Source of the DNA: Trichosphaerium sp. ATCC 40318
Lineage: Eukaryota; Protista; Tubulinea
Length of the DNA: 64,000 nucleotides
NCBI GenBank assembly: GCA_038496445.1
Contig: JALMLS010000179.1
Span: 434,001 to 498,000, forward strand
Direction: 5' to 3'
The translations under genes and the position numbers were made by a program. Of the stretch, positions 37,652 through 48,371 are shown one piece after another. The notes below the pieces were generated by a model that made no database searches, was not told where the DNA came from, and saw nothing but the letters and a program-made list of their open reading frames with translations. How positions within the stretch are numbered: position 1 is the stretch's first letter; every line of letters begins with the position of its first letter.

Positions 37652-38273
37652 ATGAGTGGACAGCCGCAAGCTAGTAAACTAACAGCTACGAAGAGGGTCA
37701 CTGAAATTGTGCGGTCGTACAACCTACAACCCTTACAGGCACGTTACCAAAGCAGCGTTTTTCTTTTAAAACCCGCTGTTTGCTCTGCGACTGGGTCCTA
37801 AGTTGCGTAAAGAATCTAACTGGGTTTAAAAAGCAAAACGTTAGTAGTTGCACCGCGAGTGGGAGCTATGCTCTGCGACTGGATTCTAAGTTGCGTTAAG
37901 ACCACTCTCCACGCGGTGAAGCTGCGCAATCTTTTGGTTTTTTTGGTTTTATACGTCTCCTGACGTACATAACTCACTTGTGCTCTAGGCTAGTTATGAT
38001 GCAGCTATTAAAAACCTTGCAGAGAGGCTAGTACAAGCTGAAAAAAAATGTAATTCTTTGGCAGGAGTTAAGAGAAAACATGATCAGCTCGTACGAGATT
38101 TGAACGTTTCACAACAGCGTGTAGTTGGATTGGAAGCACAAAACAAAAAACTTAAGAAAGCCATTCTTCTCGTTTCTGCTATCATAAAACCGATCGCAGA
38201 CGCAACTGCCGATGATAGTGATGATGTAATATTGATAGAACAACTACAGCCCGGTGGACAGCAAGATGAATAA
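37652..38273 (+). CDS. Small coiled-coil protein with a 250-nt structured, probably GC-AG, intron (37739-37988)
   Basis: ATG at 37652. CAG|GCACGT donor and TCTAG acceptor join in phase 0 to ORF 38058-38273. Confidence 0.55.
37756..37925 (+). other. Twin RNA hairpins sharing a 33-nt apical motif
   Basis: TGCTCTGCGACTGG(G/A)T(C/T)CTAAGTTGCGT(A/T)AAGA at 37781-37813 and 37869-37901, each on an unrelated basal stem. Confidence 0.7.
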
Positions 38274-38422
38274 TAATAATGAAACAAACAAACAAGTGTA
38301 ACATAAGAATAAAATTGTATATCAAAAGGGCAAGTGTATTTTGTAGCAAGATAAAAAGCAACATAACGTGAAGCGCTACCGAGGTAAAATATCAACTCAC
38401 TAAGTGTTCAGATGGCACCAAA

Positions 38423-38662
38423 TATTTTGACGAATGTAGTTTTAGAATTACAAACGTAAGAAAAGAAGGGAAAGAGGCATTACACAAGTTTTAAACTGTT
38501 TTTACTTTTTACATTCTTGGCTTTACCCCTTCGAATGCCAGGTTACAATGGCTCCAAGATTGAGAGGTTTACAAGCAAGTTTCTCAAGAGTTTTTGATTT
38601 ACCCTTTGTACTGCGTGTACGTCGTGTTAATGTTGACGATGATGTTCTGATGAAAGAAGCAT
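38423..38662 (-). pseudogene. Pseudogenised pseudokinase of cassette copy 3
   Basis: ATG at 38662; net -4 nt of indels gives TAA at codon 12. Homology stops after LNLGAI and resumes only in the 3' UTR. Confidence 0.85.
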
Positions 38663-39385
38663 TTGGAAGAGTTTTGTTTCGTTTGTGTTGTTTTTAGTAT
38701 TTTGACTTAACGAAACACTGAGGTCTAACTTTACGCCAAAACCATCCATTAATAGTATAAATCGCATCGAACAAACCACTTTGATTTATGAATAGACCTG
38801 TACCGTTTACTGACCATTAGTCTAGATGGAGAAATCGGATTATAATAAAAAGTGCCCGAAAAAAATGTCTGTATACACATTTTGTCTGTTCCAACAACAG
38901 ACTTTTATGATGGAACTGCTTTTGGCGGCGCTACCATCACCTGCAGTCTCGGTTTAGTCACGTAAAAAAGAAAAATACGAATACTAACAAATAAAGTAAA
39001 TGATGTATTTTTAATTGCTTTTTTTAGCTGATATCACCTTGAAATTTACTCTGAAACGAAACCCAATAACCTCCCACACCAAAGAATCATTTTTAATAAC
39101 GTTGTACCATAAACAGACTCTCGGTATGATACGGAGAATTATTGTGAGAATAACAGAAATACCCTGAAATTATTGAGAAATTGAGAATCCGAGAACAAAC
39201 TCAAAATGACTTGTTTGCACTCTTGACGCACACTCACTGATAAACGCAAGCGATACAACATGTTTTTTAGAGTGCGTAAGAAATGTAGTTTGTGCAGTTT
39301 GCAAAACTAAAGACTCCAAAGTGCCTTAAAACATCATAATCTTACTACTTGAACCGAACTAACCACGAATCTTGCTTGCAATCAG

Positions 39386-39655
39386 ATGTCTACATTTACC
39401 AAGTCTCTCAAATCCTTTACACGCCGCGCATTCAACCTCCTCTCACGCAAAACAACATCTGTGGTCGAACCCTCGATAATACATGGCCAAGTTACATTCT
39501 CAGAGCGAGTAGAGATCATACCGACAATCGACGAGACAAAACGCGAAGAAGAAATAAACTCTCAGTTCAGACTCGACTTTGGTGACTTGGAACTTGACTG
39601 TTCGCCTTTAAAACTCTGCTCACCAGCTCACATACCTCTGGCGATGAAGTTGTAA
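39386..39655 (+). CDS. 89-aa cassette microprotein, copy 3 (intact)
   Basis: One amino-acid difference from copy 2. Confidence 0.65.
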   Translation: MSTFTKSLKSFTRRAFNLLSRKTTSVVEPSIIHGQVTFSERVEIIPTIDETKREEEINSQFRLDFGDLELDCSPLKLCSPAHIPLAMKL

Positions 39656-40080
39656 ACCTCTAATTACTTACCCCACCTTGTAAAAAAAACCCAACCAAAC
39701 TAAATGTAAAAATAGCCAAAAACAACTTTCATAATGTAACAACAGTAAAAAACAATGTATACTACCAACTTTTCGTTTTTGTCTGCTACCTGCTACTACA
39801 ATAATGTAACAGCAGTAAAACACAATGTAATATAAGTAAGTCTAGCTTACAGCTACGCCAAAAGGCGGTCAAGACCACTTCCTTACAGAAATCCTCGACA
39901 AAGCAAAACGAAATGTGCTGTAATTCCAAATGGAGTAAAATACTTTGGCATTTATTGTTCCTTTTTACGCACTACAAACACTGTTCGCAGTGGATATTTT
40001 ACTCCTAACAATTCTCATTGGTGGGTATTTCTCAGAAAGTAGTAGTGGTCATCTCGTTAAAGGTTTGAACCAGTTTGTTA

Positions 40081-40722
40081 TCAATTGTCTTGGATTTTTG
40101 CCTCCTTGTCCGGCAGCATACACTTGTCACAACACATTTCTAACTCTTTACCGCGTTCAATCTCACACTGACACGTACCGCACATAAAACCTTGCACCTC
40201 TGTATTGCAATAATCGCAGCGCAACGTTTGGTAGTTTACCTCCATCTCATGCTCGTGATAATATGTGCAGCCTTGGCAAACGTACTTCCCGCAACTTGGT
40301 ACTACACAACGACTGAACACACCTCCCTCACGAACGCAGCAATAAAATGTTTCATCACAAGAATTACACGTAAATACGTCATTGATGCAGTTAAAGCAAA
40401 TGTCATTCCCACAAGCACACGCAACGGTGTATATCTTATGTACAGGCATTACACATCTATCGCATAGTATTCTTTGTTTTAGTTTGTAAAGACTCTGCCA
40501 TGTTTGATCTTCACCGAGACACGCCTTTGGATATAATTCAAGCAATTTAAACCGCCACACGCATTCAGTTGAAAACACTTGTCTTAAATGATTGTTTACG
40601 CGACCCATCGCACCTATCGATGGTCTTGGAAGTATTTGTAGAATGTGACATATAATTTCGTTTGGTAACGTTACTAGGGTCGCTTTATGGGTATGAACTT
40701 GATCTCTCACGCGCTTTTCCAT
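40081..40722 (-). CDS. F-box + Cys-rich (zinc-binding) protein, paralog A
   Basis: LVTLPNEIICHILQIL F-box and many CxxC pairs; intronless. Probable 1-nt loss in an A-run near the end; the corrected frame would stop at 40049. Confidence 0.8.
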   Translation of the reverse strand: MEKRVRDQVHTHKATLVTLPNEIICHILQILPRPSIGAMGRVNNHLRQVFSTECVWRFKLLELYPKACLGEDQTWQSLYKLKQRILCDRCVMPVHKIYTVACACGNDICFNCINDVFTCNSCDETFYCCVREGGVFSRCVVPSCGKYVCQGCTYYHEHEMEVNYQTLRCDYCNTEVQGFMCGTCQCEIERGKELEMCCDKCMLPDKEAKIQDN

Positions 40723-40847
40723 TGAAACACTGTTCGTGTGATAACTGACCAGTCAAAAGCAGTAAAGAATGTCCAAAGGCAAATCGCATTTATTCTGAGT
40801 TGGTTTACAATAAAAAAAATCTCATCAAGCACTGGATCCTGAGTAGC

Positions 40848-43837
40848 CTACTCTTCAGTAGTTTCCACCATCCAGCTTAGTAGTCCAGTCGTATTTATTC
40901 CAGAGTGGTACTAACTCCTTCATTTGATATATCTCTTGTTCATACGTAAGACGCTCAGGATGCTTCCAACGTTCCTCTTGCATGCCTAGAATACCTCCAA
41001 TAATGGACTATATAAAAATAAGCACTAATCAATCTAAAGAAACAATGGTTGAGACTTACCTTGCCGAAATGTTTAGGCCATTTAATGGGATCCTCTATTT
41101 GATGTGCATATCCACGTGCAAGCCCAAACTGAACATAAAAGTATGCAAAGTTTGGTGGAATACAACGCCTTATACCCTTTTTTGTAGTATCAATTACTTT
41201 AATATGTGTTGCCCATTTCGATTCTGAATCATTCAAGGCTTTCTATGAACAAGTAAGACAAAGAACATGAATAATAACACAGAAAATCAGAGTTATTCCA
41301 ATTGAAAACAAGTAAAAAGTACAACTTGATGCTTACCTTAAAGTACAAAGGTGCATCCCTAGCAGCTGATCTATCCATAGGTATACATTCTACTACCAAG
41401 TGGCGTTGCCTAGTAATTATATAAGTACATTGAAAGAAAATGAAGATACATTACCATTTGTAATTTGTTACTGTTTCAAAAAATATAACTTCCTTCCCCG
41501 ATGCGGCATACATTCGTGTTACACTTGCCATGAATAACTAGGAAACAATATAAATAAGTGATAAATTAAGAAAAATCCGAAATTGGTAGGAAAGCGGCAA
41601 GGTGAACCAAAATTGAAGCTGGATAACAGCAACATAGTATTTTAACATCAGGTTTACAACTTGGCACTTTTGGCACCGCTATCAACAATAGTGAATCGAC
41701 ATACCTTGATCTCGTCCCATATTTCTTGATCAACTGTTGTAATAGAAAGATGATGTTCAAGCGTAGCAATTTGTAAATGTCCAGGTACGAAAAGTCCCTA
41801 AAAAACTTGTTATTACACCGATCAAAACAATCAAATAAATCAATTCAAAATATAAAAATCATACCTTTCCTGTGAGCTTAAGATAAACATGATTTCCTAA
41901 ACCAAGGACCATATGTTTTTCCTTGGCCTGTATTTTGCTCCAACAAAATTGACATTTTTCAAGAACTTGGTCATATTTTTTGGTATCACTAATTGCTTTA
42001 CGTCTCTGTCTCTCCTTTGTTTTTTTCTTTTTATTATCCCACTCCTTATGTCCTTGCTCCCACATATCATCTTCTGACATTGTAGTGTATTTATTATTTC
42101 TCATAATCTGCTCTGCATAAGCAGTATCATAATCTTCTGCTCCACCTCGTTTCTTTATCAAAAAAAGTAAGTTGCTGGATTCGTTTTTGGGTTATATCAG
42201 TACCTCTCTTGCTACAAGGTCATTCAAATCAACATCATCGTTATGATAATATCTTTCTCTTCCTGCACGTGAATGGGTTTCAACCTAGGTAGCTGAGTTA
42301 GAAATTATAGACGAGGTTAATCAAATGAAGCCAAGACGTACTCTACGCTTTTTCTTCCTTCTATCACCACTATCACTCTCTAGAGACTTCTCTAAAGCAG
42401 ATCTAGAGCGCCCTTGTGCGTCTATATCAGGTATAATAACAATTTTTTCGCCAGTTCTTAAACAAAAAGTAAGTCAAAAATAACTATCCAAAAAAAAAAA
42501 CCACATACGAGGTATTTGTCGTTACTACTGCCTTATCTTGTGCTTCCCTCGCTCGAGCTAATTTCTCTTCAAGCTCTTTCTTGAGTTCAGTTTTACCCAT
42601 AATGTCAGCCTTCGCTATTTGAGCCACAAGCTTGTTTAAATTTATCTATTTGTTGTCAGTACATAATAAAATACCCCAAAGTTTTGCTTGAGAGCTACGT
42701 ACAGACAACAACTCAGGATCTACTTGCTTAACTGGAGGGGCTTTAATTTCTTTCTCTTCTTTCTTTACATTCCTATCTTCCGTCTCGTAATCACTTCGTG
42801 ATCTTTTACGTCCACCTACAAGCAAACCGTCAGAAAAACAAAAAACAATTTCATTAAAATAAATAAATACCTCTATCAGGAGAACGAGATCTACTACGTC
42901 TATCACTATCCCGTGGAGGATATCTTCTATCACGCCTATCAGGAGAAGGCGATCGTTGGCGGTTATTTGAAGTCATTTCTCCAGGTCTCATAAAACGACG
43001 TGGTGGCGCTGAACCATGTCCTTCCCTTGATTTATAACCTCTATCATCACTTCTACGATTACTTCTCCTATCTCTTTCATTTCCTTTACGCCAACCACCA
43101 CGTCTCTCTGATCTATCAACACGACGCATTGCGTCTTTACCCCATCTATCTTTAGCTGTTCTTTAAAGTCAACGTTATCTTCCTCAGCTTGTTCTCGTGC
43201 TCGCCTATAATCAAGTTAAAAAACCTTGTACATAAGGGTAATAAAAGGTTGTAAGTAGGTCTACAAAAATACCCACAACGGTTGTATCAATCAATGACAC
43301 CTTTGGTGTTTTGAAACATTATTATATTAACAGTTGACACTTACCTTATCGCTGCTCTGCGCCAGTTAGCACCGCCGCTACCGACCATAAATTCATCGTT
43401 GGAAATATCGTCATTGTCAGTTCCTTGCTCGGCTAATTGAGGAGCATGATAACCAGTAGGTTCAGGCGTAGTATCGTCTAAAAATGAGTTAGTTTTCTGC
43501 CGTAAAGAAAGAAAATGGCAATGCCGTTTTACTATGTGTATGTACGTGCCTTCTTTCTTTGGCAAGGGTTTTTCTCGCTTTGGCACGGATATCATCCAAG
43601 CATCACGTTCCGTTACTTGGTTTTCAGGTCTTTTAGCTTCCTAGTGCAAGAATTAGCGGTTTTAACGTTTTATTGAAATTATCCTCATAGAAATTAATTA
43701 GGTACCTTTGTTTCACTCCCTTTTGTCGGAGAGGACTTGCCACTGCGTCGTTTATGCTTTTTAGATTTATCTTTGCTCTTTTTATGCTTATCCTTGTGTT
43801 TATCCTTGTGACGCTTTTTAGATTCAGATCTAGGCAT
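40848..43837 (-). CDS. CWF19L2: CWF19-like protein 2 (CwfJ C-terminal domains)
   Basis: Lys/His-rich start MPRSESKKRHKDK, RS-rich middle, CQFC, HLQI, FFETV, HLVVECIP and PPNFAYFYVQFGL..GYAHQIED..WPKHFG. Confidence 0.88.
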
Positions 43838-44463
43838 TTTGTTGCGTTAAACACTCTGATTAGCCAACCAACAATATGAAAATAGAAATACTTGGACTTT
43901 TGATGCTTTTTTGCGCTTGCGACGTAGAAATGTTCTGTGAAATCAACAAGTGGCCAACCTGTCGTTTTTGTACAGCGACATACAAAGGGCACGTGGAACA
44001 TGTATTGTCTCAGAATACCTATTGTGTCAACTGGTTGTGACGCGTCACTAATAGAAATTTGCACACGTGTTCGAAATTTCGCCTGGTGAATCCAGTGTTA
44101 TCTAGCGCGCATGTGTTGTACACTGAACTCCGAGAAAATTTTGAAACAAACTTACGAATATTATCCTTTTCAGCTATACAGCCCATTCTGTATTAATGTA
44201 CATATTTTGTAAATATCACGCAATATTATGCAATGCGCGATAATTTGGAGACGTAACAACACTCCGTAGCAAGTGTTTTGTTTTGGACTTTTCGTTTCCA
44301 CAACTGCTCGTTTGTTAAACGTACTATGTAACTCTCCGAAAGGATTTTCAGGCAACGCCGGAGCGCACATTAAAGAGGACACATACCTGCTTAACTGGCA
44401 ACACAAAAACGGTAGAAAAGCTATTGAAGTAACTCGAACAACATCACCTTATAATCAGCTTAA

Positions 44464-45100
44464 ATGACCCTAGTCCTACGTGTTAAATACCCACCAACCT
44501 GGCCAGGAAGCTTTAAAACTATATGCCTCTTAGAAAGCATTACAGTTCGCAATGCTATTAAGAAAACAGCTGAAATTGCAGGTTGCGTGGATCGCGTTGA
44601 ATCTAACTTTAGCTTCTATGTTGAAGAAGAAGACGTACGCACCGGCTTTATCATTACGCAATTATCCTCAAATACACGTTGTATTACGCATTAGCAGTAA
44701 TAGGCGTCCGCGTTAATCGGCCTACTTTTTTCAACAAACCTTCTCCTTGTTTATAAATAATCACGTGATAAAGCTGAAAACAATTCCTGACAATTTGTTT
44801 AGATTACCCTTGATGCAGATGAGGTTCTATCAGAATATAGTGATCTGTTAGAGTACTGTGACACCGTCGAGGTATGCCAACAAGTGTTTTGTGTGCGTTG
44901 TGCCAAATCTAACATCAAAAAAGATCAGAGAAATAAAATCAGAAGAAGATGAAGACATCACGCCATTTAAAAGACGCCGAAAAGAACTAAGCGCCAGTGA
45001 CCCTTGCAAAAAGCCTAATAGAAAAAAGAAGTGGCGTAAGAGTATAAGAAAAATGCTACGAGCCCGAGACGCGACAAAACTGCGAATGACAACTGTTTAA
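44464..45100 (+). CDS. Small ubiquitin-like (talin/FERM F0-like) domain protein
   Basis: MTLVLRVKYPPTWPGSFKTI..TVRNAI..FSFYV|ITLDADEVLSEY..DTVE; two introns; basic tail. Confidence 0.5.
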
Positions 45101-45315
45101 AAAAAGCGAAAAACCTTCTGTACATAAATAAACTCTGTATATAAATATAAATGTTCCTGTACGTTACCACGAGTCACTCATTGGCACAAAATTATCTGGT
45201 TGAGTATCAATTTGTGAAGACTTTTTTCAATGCAAGTCAGTTTTTTGTGACGATCTCATGAACCGTTAAAACTTCGCTGTTACAAGACAAGAGACGGTAG
45301 TGACATTACCTGATT

Positions 45316-46873
45316 ATGGGACAGTCCCAAGGGAACACTGGTGGCACCAGAGATGGTTCTAGTGGCGTTAATAGAAACAAAAAGAAAAAACCTACAAAAT
45401 CTAACTATAGTGGCATGCTTATTGGTCAAGCACTCGGTGATAGCCTTGGATTTCTTGTAGAAGGCGATTCAGCTTCAAATTGTCAAAAATTCTTAAAAAC
45501 TACCTTGGCGTCATGCCTTATGCGCGGTTAGTAATGTAAGCACCTTTTATTGCTAAATTCCGTCAGAAGATTATACAAAACTTGAATCGCTTGCGTCAAT
45601 TAAAACGTTCACTGTGGGACAATACAGTGATGACACACAAATGACCAGAGAATTATTAGCGTCTATAAACACACTAAGGCGTTAAATCTGCTTTTGTGTA
45701 ACTGCATTCTGTGAAGTTCTAACAATGTCACATAGACATTTGATCCTGTAGACTATGCCAACAGACTAGCTTTATTAAGCAAGAATAGTCTTATTGTTGG
45801 ATGTGGTTTGGCTACAGCAAAGGCTATGGCACGTATTAATAGAGGTGTATCTTGGGACGAAGGTACCTTCAGTACAAATATCACGTGCCTAAGAAATTAA
45901 TTTATAGCTGGTTGCCCTGATGGCCAATGTGGTAATGGTACAGCAATTCGTGCTGGCCCTATTGGACTCTTTTTTGAAAATAATCTTGAACGGCTTGTAG
46001 AGACTGCAAAAAAGCAAGTGAGTGAAGACAATCTCAATTCCTACTACTTTTTTTTTCTAACAATTGGCTATTAGGCAATCATAACCCATAAAGGTACCTT
46101 CCATTTGAAGTTTACATACAGCTAAAATTACATAAGATATAAGATGTCAAGCTGGTTCAGTAGCTATGGCTATGGGCGTAGCAGTGTGTATCACTTACGA
46201 GAGCTTAACACCGTCTTTTTTTTGTAAAACCGTTGGTACACTTTTGTTGAAAATAGTGTTGAACGTCACCTGACTGAAACACTTATAGGAGACGTTGTTT
46301 ATAACGTTCATAAAGAATTTGGAACAGAAATCAGAAACCTTGCAAATATTTACACAACACGTGCTAGTGTAGCAGTGAAGGAATTAGGCAAAAAGGGTAA
46401 TACTTATTTTACTCTTTGGTGTTAAATTGTTGCTTTTGAAAGGAATGGATTTTGATGATGGATCTACTGGTGTTTCAGGGTTTGTTATGTCATCCGTGCT
46501 GTGGTCTTTTTATTCTTTCATGACGCATATGGATGACTACTATGATTGCTTACGCACGGCCATCGCCGCCGGAGGAGACACAGATTCAACAGGTACAGTG
46601 ACTAGTCTATTACTTTACTCACCTTGTTTAAAGCTGCAATGGCTGGCGCACTTTCAGGAGCTTACCTTGGTATAGAAGGGGTTCTTAAAGAAAGTAGACT
46701 ACCAGAGAGGGTGAACGATAAGGGTACCTTGCCATTTTATTTCAACATTTGGTTGTTTAATTATTCTTTTAGGATTATGGGATTTCAAAGCTCTAACGAC
46801 GCTTGCGCATGGCGTATTTGATCTAAAAGTAGAAGAAACGGAGCCAATAGAGGAAGATACTAAAAAGCAATGA
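45316..46873 (+). CDS. ADP-ribosylglycohydrolase (ARH/DraG family)
   Basis: GQALGDSLG, GQYSDDTQMT, GNGTAIR..PIG and GGDTDST..MAGALSGAYLG; MG start; multi-exon. Confidence 0.92.
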
Positions 46874-47053
46874 CTTGGGAGGCTTGTAAGTTAATGTAAA
46901 TAAAAGCAATGTCAGTATACGTCTCGACTATTTCGGGTAGTACATTGATTGTACTTGTTAGAATTTTTTCAAAAAGAACGTTAAGTTAGTTGCACACTTA
47001 CCAAAATAATTATAGCCGTTACAACACTACAGCGTCTCAAAATACTTGTTTTT

Positions 47054-47803
47054 ATGGAGAAACGTACCAGAGATCATATAAACGCCAATGACGCCACAAT
47101 TACGTCACTTCCAAACGAAATTGTTATTGAAATACTGCAAATGCTCCCATTAGAGTCAATAGGCTCACTGTGTAACGCAAACAAACAATTACAAAAGCTA
47201 TTTTCATCAGAGACACTGTGGATGTATTTGGCGCACTTTGAGTGTCCGTGTATAGAGTCTCTTGACGAAGTAGACGCAGATACATGGAAAAGCTTTTTTA
47301 TCTCCCTACTTGACTTCACCTGCCGTATCTGCAGCGAAGTGAATCCCTTTAAGGACAGTGTAATATGTGGATGTGGTCACTACGTTTGCTACCCACTATG
47401 CAGCGCTTGGGACGACCTTACATGTAATTCTTGTGACAAAACATTTTATTGCAGCTGTACTCACAAAGATCCTGAAAGATTCGGAGACAGAAAATATCAA
47501 CAATGTGCTACTTGTCAAAACTATGTTTGTAGAAAATGCTATTTGAAATGGTATATCTATCACGATAAGGGTAAGGATATCTTTCGTTGTGCTCATTGCA
47601 ATGTGCAGTTGAACAGAGTGCATAGTTGTATGTGTACTAAGTGCCAGTACGAAGTTGAAGTAAGAGGCAAGGTGCTTGATGTTTGTTGCGACAAGTGCGT
47701 TGTACCAGACAAGGAATCTATCCACCCAAAGCAATTCATAACCAATTGGTTCAAGCCATGTAAAGAGACAAACACCAGCGATAACGCAATTGAAATAAAA
47801 TAA
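47054..47803 (+). CDS. F-box + Cys-rich protein, paralog B
   Basis: ITSLPNEIVIEILQML. Shares MEKRxRD, TCNSCDxTFYC and CCDKCxxPDKE with paralog A. Confidence 0.82.
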   Translation: MEKRTRDHINANDATITSLPNEIVIEILQMLPLESIGSLCNANKQLQKLFSSETLWMYLAHFECPCIESLDEVDADTWKSFFISLLDFTCRICSEVNPFKDSVICGCGHYVCYPLCSAWDDLTCNSCDKTFYCSCTHKDPERFGDRKYQQCATCQNYVCRKCYLKWYIYHDKGKDIFRCAHCNVQLNRVHSCMCTKCQYEVEVRGKVLDVCCDKCVVPDKESIHPKQFITNWFKPCKETNTSDNAIEIK

Positions 47804-48371
47804 AGCTTGTTCAGACAGAAACATGGTTCTTGTATTTTTTTTATCGCGTTTTTTTCCGTTTTGTTGATTCCAGTCACTAGTGAACAAAAATCTATCACGA
47901 CGACACCCAGCCTTTATACAACTGGTCCCTTTTCTGACTAATAGTCAATACCAGAAGGTCACACTGTACATGCTGCTGTACGGACAACTTACTAAAAAAC
48001 ATGAAGGGAAAAAAAAAAAAAGAATAAAGACAAGAATGCGTTTAAACTGTCAGGTTGCGATTTAGTATTACAATACCCACATGCCAGGTTTACAAAGCAA
48101 TCAATCAAATCATCATTTTGCCCATATTATTATAGAAATAATATATATGTGTTGTGTAAAGGAGAAGAACATACAGGGTAAAAAACACAAACACAAAAAC
48201 AAAATGATCGAAAAGAAAAATTAAAAAAAACACGTGAGGTAAAATTGAGATGCTCTCGACTGCCGTCACACACAGTCTTTATGGCCATTTAAGCGTTGAT
48301 TCATGTACATAACCAACCAACGCAAAAATAACTATTGCAAGCATAACATAATACAAAATCTGTCCTGCTAG

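Larger units (their letters stand above)
38423..39800 (-). repeat. Dispersed two-gene cassette, copy 3 (inverted; kinase internally deleted)
   Basis: Reverse complement of copies 1 and 2. Retains the TTCGTCAAAATA end at 38423-34. Confidence 0.9.

Noticed and set aside
37781-37901. CRISPR-like repeat-spacer-repeat
   Set aside because: Only two units, eukaryotic intronic context, no cas genes, and the spacer base-pairs with the flanks.
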